Shown here piece after piece: positions 14,051 to 26,118 of a stretch of 64,000 nt of DNA. The stretch is from Vicugna vicugna. Lineage: Eukaryota. The translations under genes and the position numbers were made by a program. Location: the NCBI GenBank assembly GCA_013265495.1, contig MU062317.1, positions 1,920,229 to 1,984,228 of the forward strand, read 5' to 3'. The notes under the pieces were generated by a model. That model made no database searches. It was not told the origin of the DNA and saw only the letters and a list, made by a program, of their open reading frames with translations. Each line of letters starts with the position of its first letter. The first letter of the stretch is position 1.

Positions 14051-15052
14051 CCGAGCTAGGAGGGTGTTGACCCACTGGGGCAGCCCCGTCATCCCTGGCT
14101 GAACCCGCAATTGCCTCGTGGGCTTTGAAAACCACTGGTGCTTTTGGTCTGGGTCAAGCTCAGGAATCAAGTCTTTTCCAAAGCTCCTTAGGTGATTGTA
14201 AAGTGCGGCCGGGGGGCGGGGTTCAGGGACGCCATCACTGTGACCTGGTCTTGAGGCCGCAGCTTGTCTGTGGTTCCCACACGTTCCTTCAGGCCTCCCC
14301 CTGCCTCCCCCGTGGCCCTTCTAGTGCTGGGTCTGCGTCCCGGGTGTGCTGCAGGCTCTGCCGGGATGGCCCTGTTCCCTTCCCTGTCGAGGTGGTGAGG
14401 TCGCCCTGCTGGGTCTCCCTGTGAGGAGACCCACTCTCTGCTCGCCTCCCGAGGGGGTAGCTGCACTGCCATCCCTCTCTTAGTCGGCCGTTTTCCTGGG
14501 AAGTGACCTTTTGGTCCGAGTTTTTCAGTGAGTGTAGTTCTTTAACCCTCAGTCTGAGCTAGTTCAGCGACTGTCGTTTTTCTCCAAACGCTGCTCCTCT
14601 TTCACGTGCGACTTAAACCTTAGCTCGTTACTCTCATACCTCAGCGATGTCAGCACTGCTCAGTGGGCGGGGGCGGGGGGCCAGACTCAGGTCTCACGCT
14701 CACATTGTTCTGACCTTGCCGGGGACTGTCGTGTTGGGTTGGATGCCCTTCTTGGCCCCAAGCTGGTCGGGACGAGTTCAGACCATCCCAGGTGGTGGAA
14801 GGGTTGCTTTGCTTGTGCTTCTGTCTCTTCCTGCTTCACGTTGAGGCTGGGAGGTGGCGCGTGGTCTCACCAGTCACACTCACGCGCAGTTTCTGCCCGA
14901 GAGGCATCTGAGACCGCACGGCTGTGACTCCTCCCTCCCTGGTAAGCTGTGACCGTCTTCTCTTACACTTGGACTTTCAGCTCTACTTGTCGCTAAAAAC
15001 CACAGGTGGATTCCTGAGTCCTTAAGTGTCTTGGGGGGGGAGCAGACCATTT

Positions 15053-15170
15053 CCTCTTTTTTTTTCAAACACTTTTTTATTGAGTCGTAGTCATTTTACA
15101 ATGTTGTGTCAGATTCCAGGGTGGAGCACAATTTTTCAGTTACACGTGAACGTACATTTGTTCGTTGGCA
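15053..15170 (-). mobile_element. Short 5'-truncated L1 3' end in antisense orientation, with target-site duplication
   Basis: T-tract plus TTTTATTGAGTCGTAGTCATTTTACAATGTTGTGTCAGATT, flanked by direct repeats CAGACCATTT at 15043-15052 and 15171-15180. Confidence 0.75.
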
Positions 15171-15337
15171 CAGACCATTTTCAAAGTCCTTTTAGCGAGT
15201 TGCCTTCAGCCGTCTTTCCTGACAGCAGGCGCATGCGTGTGTCCACTGTTTTGTGTGTACATATTTACCTTGTTCACTTTATTACATTAAGGCACCCGGA
15301 CTTCTCAGGCCGAAGTCCTCATTCTTCAGCCACAGAA

Positions 15338-18300
15338 ATGGAACAAGAAAAAGTCAACGAGAGTAAGGAGCTGAGTGCAGACGCGGCCTCCTACTGCTGC
15401 TCCGCGTGCCATGGGGACGAGGACTGGGGGCCCGGCCACCCCATCCGGGGGCGGGCCAAGTCCCGCAGCCTGTCGGCCTCGCCCGCCCTGGCGAGCACCA
15501 GGGAGTTCAGGTACGAGGCCTCTGGTGCCTGTGTTGGTGCTCACACATGTGGGGGAGGGGTGCGCTCACTGCGACACCCCGCCAGAGAGCACCTCCCCTC
15601 AAAGGACACCCCCCCGGAGGTTACCTTCCCCCCAGAGGGCACCCCTGCAGAAGACACTCCTCCCCTCTCACTTGGGACGGGTGAGCTGTGTGGGTGGTGC
15701 CCGCAGGTGCCGCCGTCTGGTCCACCTGGTGAAGGACTGGCATTGGGCCGAGTATGGCCGCCTGGTGTTGGCATCACTAAGGCTCCAGCGGGAGCAGCGC
15801 TCACTCACCCTGTGGGAGCCGGGTGCCCGCCTCTGGGGCCTTGAACATCTGAGTTGTTGGAACCACGCCGCCTCGCGTGTGGGCCCGAGGGTCTGTCTGT
15901 AGGGGCCACGGGGGGCTTGGTGCGTGGAGGCCGCGCCCCTTGCTCCCCGGGTGGGTGTAGGTGAGGCGTGCTGGTGCGGGGTCCCGGCAGTCGGCCCAGG
16001 GTGGCCTCTGCAGGATTTGGCGCTTATGCCCCTTTCAGGGCATGTTGAACCCGGCGTGGTGGCAGCAGGTCAGAGGTGGCCTTGCGTCTGTGAGGGTGGG
16101 ATGGGTGGGCCCAGCTGAAGCTGGTCTCGAGGGTTGTATGTAAATGCCGACTTGGAGTAATTTGCTCTGAATGGCATTTCCAAAGATCTTTCAGTTCCCA
16201 GAGGCCCCAGTTCCTGCAGATTCTCAAGAGCCCACAAGAGGGGCCTTGACCTGACCCCGTGACTCTCCCGGGGCTGACTGCCCTTCACAAGACAGCAGAA
16301 AACCTGTTTTGTCTGCATTGGGATTTGAAGATTTTGTTGAACCGTGAGATAGGCAGGTAGAGACAAAAGCAAGTTTGCTGGCTCCGTTTGGCCCTCTTTG
16401 TGGTGGTGTTTTTGGTGCAGAAAAAAGCCGTTGGAACTGACACTTTGTGTGGGGGTGACAAACCACCACCCTGCCACTGGGGGACGGATAGTGTCCACAT
16501 CGTTCCCGTGGCCCCTGCCAGGGCGGTGCTAGGTCCTCAAGGAGAGGATGGGGCCGCCGAGTGGGGCCCCCTGACACGTGCTGGCCACAGCACCCTTTGT
16601 GGTGTGATTTGATTGTGGCTGAGTCACTCTTAATTATTGGAAATGTTGGGCCATACGTGCAACTAAGAGTGAGCATTTCTGTTAGAATTTTAATTTAGGT
16701 ACTTAGGGATGATTGCTAAGGTCTTAATTCTCAAGTATTGACCCAGGGACTTGCCCGCAGACTGACTTGCCGAGACAAGAATTCCGATTCCCAGGCCGTT
16801 CCCGGGGGTCTGCTCCCTGTTTCTGGGCCAGGCCCTGGGCACCTGCTCTGGCTTAGGGTCCTTGTTCTAAGGAGTGTTTCTGGATGTGCCCGGGCTGCGC
16901 TCCTTCTGCCGCTGCGTGGACGGCATGTGGCACTCCTGGGCCGCTCTGCGGGTCAGGATGGAGTCACCAGGACCTGCACTTGGATGGTGGGCAGATGGCG
17001 GCGTTACTGGTGCCAGTCCAACAGTCTGTGCCCCCGTCTGACAGCTCGCACTGCGTGCCCTCTCCCCACAGGAGGACCCGCTCTCTGCACGGGCCATGCC
17101 CAGTGACCACTTTTGGACCAAAGGCCTGCGTGCTGCAGAACCCCCAGACCATCATGTAAGTCTTCTGGGGCTTGTCCTGGGATCGCTGTGCTGTGGGAGG
17201 TTCTGACACTTGGAATGGGAAGTTGTGTGTCACTTGGCTTCTGAGTCCACCAGAGGTCACGGGGCAACTTCACTGACTCCCGCTGAGCTCAGGGCCTCCA
17301 GCACCTTTGAGAAAGTGAATGGGGGTCTGCTCCGTGGGCACGGCAGGGCTTTGGGTAAGATATTTGGAGTTACTTCCGCTTTTCACAGTAAAAATTCTAG
17401 GGGAAGATGACGTATTTCATAGTAACACATTTGAAGGCTCAAGTGTTTCTCTTAATTATTAAAAAGCAGAGGTGTTAATTAGGGTTTTTGAACATCTGAG
17501 TTGTTTGTGAGGTAACCCGCCTCGCAGGTGCAGTGCTTGTAAGCTCTGCGTTTCCGAGACATGGGGCCCTGGCCACCTGGGGCCAGGTGAGGCACTACAT
17601 GAAAACTAAGAAGGTGGGGTTATTTCACTGGACGCTTTAACACTCACCCTTCTCCCTCAGTGTGGCTTCTGCCACCTGGTGTTTGTTGGTCCCAGAGAGC
17701 TGCAGACTCTCTGCACTGCTCCGCTGGGTCTGCCTTGTGGGAGAGGACGCTAACCTGGCTGAGCCGGCGCCATGGGACCCAGCTGAGGCGGTCTTGCCTC
17801 AAGCCCCAGGCCTGGGTGGATCCTGGAGGTGGCCCCTCCTTCACATTCTGAACGGGTCAGGGCCCAGGGCTCAGGTGTACTTTTTAACTTTTTTAATTTC
17901 AGGGAGGAGGTAATTAGATTTTATTCATTTATTTATTTTTAATGGAGGCACCGGGCGCTAAACCCAGGACCTCATGCATGCTAGGCACACACTCTACCAC
18001 TGAGCTCTACTCCCTCTCCCGGCTCAGGTGTGCTTCTGGGACTAACCTTTCGGGGTCCTTGCTCTCTTGGCCGTCTGCCAGTCGGCGGGCAGCGCAGGGT
18101 ACGGCAGTGCTGCCCGCACCCCCCAGGCCCCCTGGTGCTGTGGTGTGTGAATCCCAGTGACCCCAAGTGCGGCCCAGGCACCTGAGTAACTGGTCCTAGT
18201 GCCTCTGCCCGTTCTGGGTGCTGGCCATGGTGTAGTTACTGCTGCCTATGCGAGTGGGTCCCCTCTGTCCGCAGACCCCTGCCTGTCCACGGCGGCCCCC

Positions 18301-21300
18301 TGGCGCCCGTGCTCTGCGCTCTGCACAGCGACCACACTGGTAACCGGGTCCACGCCCAGCCTCACCCCTCCCTGCAGCTGCCGCTCTCGGCGGTGCTGCC
18401 CCTTCCTTGCCGCTCCTGTCAGCTTAAGCGCCGCCCTGGGTGGCCCCTCACCGTCCAGCCTCGATCAGCGTCATCTGCTCCCAGCTCGGCCCACAGTCAC
18501 TGGGGCGGACGGGGGTGTTGGGGCCCCATGAGCCTTGGCTGGGGTCTCGGCCACATCTGAATTGGGTTGGGTGGGGTGCTCCCAGCAGAGGGGCAGTTCC
18601 CTCAGAGGTGCCTCTGGGGCTGAGGGGTGAGCAGCTGTCTCTGTCGGCACTGTCTGCAGGGCTGTCGTCCCTGAGAGGCTGGGACTCTGTGTCCCTGCCT
18701 CGTCCTCGCCACTTCCCAACACTGGCTGACGGGACAGGGTTCCCGTGTGCTCAACCTGCCTTCTCCCCCGAAGTTCGAAAGTAAACGTTGCAGAGGAGTT
18801 GATCACAAGAGACTGACTTCCTACTTTATTGTTTACAATTTACCGTGAACACGTATTTTCTCTTATGTTGAAACGTGTGGAATTGCCAGTATCTGACGCC
18901 TTTGGCCGATGCGGTGGCGACTCAGATGAGTCCCCTGCTGAGCAGTCAGGCGCCCCTGCCCTTCTGTCTGCCACCCAGAGCCTCTGTGCCAAGGAGGGGT
19001 CCGCATCCGTGCTTGCAGTAACCCAACAGGAAATCAAGTGACCAGTTGGTGCCCAAGACCAAGCCGATGGCACCTGGATGGCTCTGGCTGGGTGCAGAAG
19101 AGTCTCAGGGCCGGAGGGGCCACGAGCCAGGCAGAGGGGCAAAGTCTGAGGGCCCGCCCGTCCTGTGAGCTCCTCCCCCAGGGCCAAGCCGGTTCCGCGG
19201 CCCAGTGCCCGCCTGAGGCTGCCTGGGGCGTGTCCTGACCTCCCGGCAGCTCTGGGCAGAGCTTGTGGCCAGCCTCCAGGGAGCGGGGTGGCCGAGTCCA
19301 AGCTCTTTGCTGCTCCAGGGGACCCTGAGGACTCTGATTTGAGTGGCGGTCAGACTGGAGGACAGTGTAAACGATAAGAAGGTCGACTCCAGCGTGGTTT
19401 GTGGGACTTGATTTGAGGAGGCACTGTCGGCCCCGTCCTTTTGTGGAACCTGGAACAAGTCACTTTACTCCAGGTTTTGTTTTCAGTTTTGAGGATTAGA
19501 AGCGAGTTTGTGGTGCCGGCGCGGGTGGGTCTGGGGGCTGCTTTGCGCTGCTCTCCCCGCCTTGGCTGAGCGGACCTGCAATGCTGAGTGGGCAGCCCCA
19601 GCCCCCTGAGCAGGAGTGTGACCTGAAGGGGCCTGAGCGCCGCCCCCCTCGCAGAATCGCCTGGAAGGGGTGAGTGCTGGGCTGGACGCCCGCCGCTCCT
19701 TCATGGTTTGAGTGGTGATTTTGGAAGTTGCTTGCGGGCCGGTGGGCGTTCAGGGAGGCGCTGGCCCTAGGCCGATTGGGGAACTTGAGTCCAGAAGGGA
19801 GTCTCCGCCGGCCGCACTGCCCTTTGCAGGACTGTTTCCCAACAGGCCGAGGTGCGTGCTGACCGCGGAGCCGGCCCCTCCATCCGCTTCCCCACACATG
19901 TGCCAGCTCATCCGCGGCCGGCGGGGCGTCTCCCAGGATGCTCACAGCTGTCAGAGTCATCCTGGGGGGCCTGGCCTCGGGGGAGGGGACACCCCTGCCC
20001 ATCAGGGACGACCTGCTGCCCACAGACCACGTCAGCCACAGAGTGCCACGGGATGTGGGCTTTTGTTTTCAGGGAGGCCCTTTTTTTTTAATAAAAATTA
20101 TTGAGCAGTTTTGTGTTGGGAGGGGAAGGTGCAGAAATTTCCTGTATACTGCCCCCCTCCCAGGCTCCCCCACGTTGGATGCCCCAGAGGGTGCGTTTGT
20201 GACAGAGGAACCTGCAGGGACACAGTGTGGCCGCCCAGAGACCCTATTTCACACCAGGGTCGCTCGGCGCTGTGCTTCCTGTGCTTGGGACAGGCACGAG
20301 GTGTCGCTCCCGCCGTGGTGGCCACGCGGGGTCTCGCTGCCCCGGGCCCTGCTGCTGACTTGTGAATGGGAGCTTGCTTGCCACGGAAGTTCGGGGGCGG
20401 CTGAGTCGCTCACACCACGGCGCAGCGCTCGCACGGGGCTGAGACGGTGCACGCTCCTCTCCCCTCCAAGGCACATCCAGGACCCTGCCAGCCAGCGGCT
20501 GACGTGGAACAAGCCCCCGAAGAGCGTCCTGGTCATCAAGAAGATCCGGGATGCCAGCCTGCTCCAGCCGTTCAAGGAGCTCTGTGTGCACCTGATGGAG
20601 GTGGGTGGCGGGGCCCACCTGGGGGGTCGCGGGACGCAGCCGGCTCCTAGCCCAGCTCCGAGGCTCTGACTCCAGCGCTGTAGAGGCAGGAGACTCCCTC
20701 CAGGAGCGCAGCGTCTGTAGCCGAGCGCCACAGAGCCTCTGGGACCCTAGAAACACGACGTGAGCAGGCAGACGGCAGTTTGCCGGCTACAACAGAGGGC
20801 TCGCTCCTCTCTTGTCGTAAAACGCTCAGAGGCGGCTTCGCAGGGGACCAGCACCCTCTGACCTGGTGTCACTGGCCTGTCCCTCCCAGGAGAACAACAT
20901 GGTCGTGTACGTGGAGAAGAAGGTGCTGGAGGACCCAGCCATCGTGAACGATGACCGCTTCGGGCCAGTGAAGAGGAGGTTCTGCACCTTCAGGGAAGGC
21001 AAGTCGTCCCCCGGGAACTCCCAGCCTGGCGGGAGCCTCCCACCCAGCGTGGGTGGCTTTGCAAGTTGGGGCTGCTTGATGGCTTTTCTGGTGTCTGCTG
21101 TTCTGTTTTCTAGATTATGATGACATTTCTAATCAGATCGACTTCATCATCTGCCTGGGAGGAGATGGGACCCTGCTTTACGCCTCCTCGCTCTTCCAGG
21201 TGGGTCTCCAGGTGGTGGTCCTGGCGCCGCGTGAGGAGCAGGGAGGAGGTCCCTGCTCTGAATTTCTTCACTTGGCAGTAGAGCAAGTTTACAAGTGATA

Positions 21301-24300
21301 GCAAGGGCTGCGCCTCCTATCTGAGCACCTGGGAGCTGTGACAGGCCAGGCACATCCGCCTCGTCCAGAGAACGGTGGCCAGGCCTGGGCTGGGCTGGGA
21401 AGACGGCAGTGGTGGGGAGACTGTCCTGGGGGTGTTCCGGGGGTGGGCATGGGTTTAGCTACAGGCTGACTGTCCAGGGCGTGGTGGGGGGAGCCCTGTG
21501 GAGGCCACGGACAGTGAGGGTCAGCACAGGAAGCGGTGGGATCATTCGGAACCCACCCCCACTCTCAGCAAGGCAGGAGCCCTGGGGAGACCTAGCCGAG
21601 GTGTGCAAGTCGCTCAGGCACAGTGGCCCCAGAGAGCGGCCTAGAAGTGGATGTGCCGTCTAGGGGTCCGGGGCATGGGGCTCAGGCCCGGCGGGCAGTG
21701 TGGACTGGGGCCTCGGCACCAGGTGTGGTGTGAACCCGGCAAGGCGGGAATGCTGCAGAGTTAGCCCTTGGGAAAGAACAGGAGTGAGAGGGCCTCGGGG
21801 GCGTCCCGCCTCCTCGCAGCCACCGCCCTCCGCTGCCTGCAGGTCCTCACCTGCCTGCTGTCCTCACCCCTCCCTGCTGTCTCTGTCTGGCCTGCCGCCT
21901 TTCCAGAACCCCTGGGCGTGGTCTCCGTGTGTCAGAGCAGCTCTGCTCATCCCGCCCTCGCCAGCTCCTTCCTGCCCTCGGGGCCAGGGGCCCTGTTAGC
22001 CCTGTCAGCTCTCACCCCGCTGTTCCTCCTGCCCAGCCCCGCCGTCCCAGGGACCTCCCGAGTCAGCCCTACCCCCTGCCCAGGACTGTCGGGGCGCAGG
22101 TGCCTCAGTGCTGGGGTAGCGCGGGTGGCCGTTGGCGGAGCTGGCCCGCTGAGTGACCTGCCGCGCCGGCCCGCAGGGCAGCGTGCCCCCGGTCATGGCG
22201 TTCCACCTGGGCTCCCTGGGCTTCCTGACCCCCTTCGGCTTCGAGAGCTTCCAGTCCCAGGTCTCCCAGGTGATCCAGGGTGAGTCGCAGTGTGCTGGAG
22301 TGCACGGGGCTGCCTTCCTTCTTGGCTGGGGGTTTGATGATGCAGAGAGAGCAGTGCTGAAATGTCTCCGGACTCAGAGATTTCTAGATTCTGAGTGGTT
22401 CAGACATTTCTGCTAACCGTGAGAAGCCCGAGCTGCCACAGGCCAGGCTGCCATTCACGTTCAGTACTGTGCGCGGGTTGATCTTTGCAGAAGGCACAGT
22501 GTTGCTCTCGATGTGGGAGAAGAAAGGGGGGCTCTCTTCCTGTGGCACCACTGCCCAGCCCTGCTGACCTCCCTGGCGTGGCCTCTGCCGGCCCCCAGGG
22601 AACGCAGCTGTCGTTCTTCGGAGCCGGCTGAAGGTCAGGGTCGTGAAGGAGCTGAGGGGGAAGAAGGTGGCCATCCCCAACGGGATCAGCGAGAATGGGG
22701 TGCTGGCCGCGGCCCTGGACGCGGAGGTCGGGAAGCAGGTCATGCAGTACCAGGTCAGAGGGCGCGTCCCCCTGGACTCCGGGCCCCGCCCCCGGCCCCC
22801 GGCCCCCCTTTCAGGGTTTACAGAGAGCCCAGGACCAGCATGGGTGCTGAGGTCGGGGGCAGGCCCACTGGGGAGGTGCCGCCTGGCCCCTTAGTCTGCA
22901 GTGGCCTCACCCCAGGTCCTGAACGAGGTCGTGATCGACAGAGGCCCCTCCTCCTACCTGTCCAACGTGGACGTCTACCTGGACGGGCACCTCATCACCA
23001 CAGTGCAGGGCGATGGTAGGTGGGCATCAGGCGTGCCCTGGGGATGGGGGTGCTGCATCAGAGTGACTGCGAGAGTGACCACAAGAGTGACCCCGCAGCC
23101 TGTCCTTCAGGCGTGATCGTCTCCACCCCGACGGGCAGCACGGCGTATGCGGCTGCGGCTGGCGCCTCCATGATCCACCCCAACGTCCCAGCTATCATGA
23201 TCACCCCCATCTGCCCGCACTCGCTGTCCTTCCGGCCCATCGTGGTCCCTGCAGGCGTCGAGCTCAAGGTCACAGCACACCCTCCACCCTGTGGGCTGGG
23301 GCCTTGGCTGGGACCCTCGGTGCTGTCCTGGTCTCTGTGCACCTGGCACTTGCTGCTGAGACAGTGGAGTGGGGGGCAGTGGGGCACTGAAAGCTGGGCT
23401 GGCCCCTCAAGCAGGGCTTCTGACCTGAGTGGGTGGGGCCATCTGTGTTGGGTGGGGGCGGGGTGAGGAGTGACCCTGCCCGGCATGTCCCCCCCCAGGG
23501 CCCCGTCCTGGCAGCTGACTGGCCCCCACTGCTTGGCCACATCTCTCTCTCCTCTACCCTGGTGTTCCCCACGCCAGGCGCCGCAGACCCGCGGGCCCCT
23601 GGTGCGAGCCCTGGCGGGACACGGAGAGCTCGGAGGCCTAGAGCCAGATGCCAGCCCCGTGTCCCCAGCAGAGGGTAGATAGTTGGGAACTCTGGGCCTG
23701 GACGGACATCCTTCCTCCACACCCAGGGCTGGTGTCAGCCCGACGGGAGTTAGTGCTCTCATAGCCTGGAGCTGACCTGGGCACCTGGTGGGCTCCTCCT
23801 GGACAGTGCCACCCCAGGGTTGGTTCTGAGACATTCAGCTGCACGCAGGTGAGCCCATACCTGTCACGCTTGACCCTTCAGATCATGCTGTCACCAGAAG
23901 CAAGGAACACCGCGTGGGTGTCCTTCGATGGACGCAAGAGACAAGAGATCCGCCACGGAGACAGGTGTGTGGGCCATGGGGCTAGGGCAGGGCATGAGGG
24001 GCGGGGGCCTGTAGGCAGAGCACTGTCACCGAGAGCCTGGAGGGCCCGTCCCAGTCTCGTATGAGCACATCGCAGACCTGTGCCCTTGTTCTCCAGCAGC
24101 CCCACCCCTCAGGGTCCCTGCATGGACCTGGGTGGGCTGAGGGGGTCTGTGGTTCTGTCCTGGGGGTTACCACTGAGCCGCCAGCCTCTGGTTGTCCTCA
24201 GGGCCAGACTGGAAAGTGGCAAGGCGCCCACCCCGACACCCCCCAACACACACTAGAGGACCCAGGGCCAGGCTTCGCAGCCAGTGGGCGGGCAGAGCAA

Positions 24301-24524
24301 GGTGGCGGCGGGCGCTGGAGGGGCCGTGTCGTCCTGTCCCCTCCCTCAGCATCAGCATCACTACCTCTTGCTACCCGCTCCCCTCCATCTGCGTCCGGGA
24401 CCCTGTGAGCGACTGGTTTGAGAGCCTGGCGCAGTGTCTGCACTGGAACGTGCGGAAGAAACAGGCCCACTTCACAGAAGACGAAGACGGGGAGGAGGAT
24501 GGAGAGCAGGGGGCAGGAAGCTAG
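15338..24524 (+). CDS. NADK: Cytosolic NAD kinase, 451 aa: join(15338..15510,17072..17155,20471..20600,20890..20998,21114..21199,22177..22279,22599..22753,22916..23015,23111..23268,23882..23964,24350..24524)
   Basis: MEQEK...[41 protein letters not shown]...[10 protein letters not shown] (GGDG motif)...LNEVVIDRG (NE motif)...[19 protein letters not shown]...LHWNVRKKQ. The 11 coding exons sum to 1356 nt in one frame. All introns are GT-AG except one GC-AG (20999..21113). Exon 2 starts at 15292. Confidence 0.97.
17881..18020 (-). mobile_element. tRNA-derived SINE (Vic-1-like), antisense, in NADK intron 3
   Basis: Reverse-complement SINE head (CCCAGGACCTCATGCATGCTAGGCACACACTCTACCACTGAGCT). TSD GGCTCAGGTGT(A/G)C at 17868-17880 and 18021-18033. 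Confidence 0.92.
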
Positions 24525-24908
24525 GCCTGTGCTCTGTCCCGCCCGGGACGGGCCAGCCTGAACGTGCGCTCCGCGAGCAGGCCCCTGCCCAGCACCCAAG
24601 CAGGCGCTGCGTCGCCCTGCCTGTGGCCAGAGGAAGGGCCTAGAACCTGCCTTCTGTCGACCAGATCAGCCGTTTTTAATGTTTTAAATATGACTTCTTT
24701 TCTGCATTTCTAAGCAAGCAAGCGAGCAGCGGCTGGGGCTCTGAGGTCAGCCTGTGCGCACCAACCCTGGTTCGGTCAGAGCCCGTCTCTGGGCAGGGAC
24801 GGCCGAGCCGGGTGGGCTCTTTGTGATTACTTGTCAGGAAACTTCCATAAATCAGTCCATTGAAATTCAGAGGGGATCAGAATGGATGGCCTGTCCTTTG
24901 CTATTGAA

Positions 24909-24914
24909 AATAAA
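24909..24914 (+). terminator. Candidate proximal NADK polyadenylation signal
   Basis: AATAAA about 385 nt after the stop codon. Confidence 0.5.
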
Positions 24915-26112
24915 TGTCTCATAGCCAAAATCTTCCTTTACCCACCACGACTTTCCCCTCAAGCCACCAGCGGGTCACTTCTGTGAAGAGCAGTTGGTGG
25001 GTGGTTGGTGGGCGGATGGGTCCCCTCCACCCCCTCAGGGTCTGCACTGAGCCTGCCCAGATCCTCCTACCTTGGTCCCAAGGCCTTGTCTGCCCCCCCC
25101 CCCGTGTGTGACAGGTGCTGGCTGGGCCTGGCAGTCTCTGGGGGAGGGTCAGGCGGCACACATTCCTCGTGAAGCAGGGCACGTCCGCGCCCGGGAAGGC
25201 GTCTTCCATCCCGTGTCTGCTTTTTAGAGATTCTCTTACACTTTGTGAAAGTGCTCACATACAGATTTTGTTGTACACACTGAGATTTCAGAGGAAAGGG
25301 GTTTGCACTGTCGTGAAGTGGAGCTGCATTCCACTGTCTGCCCTGTGTCCTGTGTGTTGGGACCATCCTGTCCCGCCCGCGTGGCTGGCTGTCCGTGAGA
25401 GCCGGGTGACTGCGGAGACATGGGGACAAGGTTAGGAAGGTGCTGATGGTGATGTTTCACGTTGACCTGCTCTTGCTTCCCCCACGGGTCTTGGTTGCAG
25501 GGGAGCCCCCGCCATTCCAGCCCTCGCGCCTCCCTCGGCTGGCATGGGGCATGTGCACCCCTGGGGCCGTGTGGAGTCTGGGGGGACCCGGCTCAGGGTG
25601 CACGTGGCCTTGGCCCCTGGTTACTGTCCTGCCGGGCCTCAAATACGGCCTCTGTTTTGGAGTAACTTGACTTGTCTCTGAGTTGCATTTTCACCTGTTA
25701 AATTGGTGAGAGCGGCAGGGCAGACGCCTGTCCTCTCTTGGACTCACTTCTGGAGTGACAGGCGGGGTCTGCGCGTCACCCTGTTGGAGGCCACTTGCTG
25801 AGAGAAGGGCGTCCGGGGCCATGCATCCGGATGAGTCCGACGTCCGTGTGGGTGTCTGTCCAGTGCTGTCCGCCCCAGGCTCGGCTGCCCTCCCACCGGC
25901 AGAGGGGCCGACATTCCCAGATTTAGGTCCGGACGGGAGGCCTCGGGCCCCTCGTTCAGACAGTAAAGCAGGTGTTAACCAAGGCCTAAAGCATAATGTG
26001 GAACCATCTAGGAAACTGGATTTTTTGAAGTAAATTCTTAGCGTTTCATATTGTTAGTATCTTGAAAATTTGTTAAATGTTGAAAGACTTATTACTATTT
26101 TCAGATCCTTTC

Positions 26113-26118
26113 AATAAA
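26113..26118 (+). terminator. Candidate distal NADK polyadenylation signal
   Basis: AATAAA in an AT-rich block about 1.6 kb after the stop codon, followed by T/GT-rich sequence. Confidence 0.65.
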
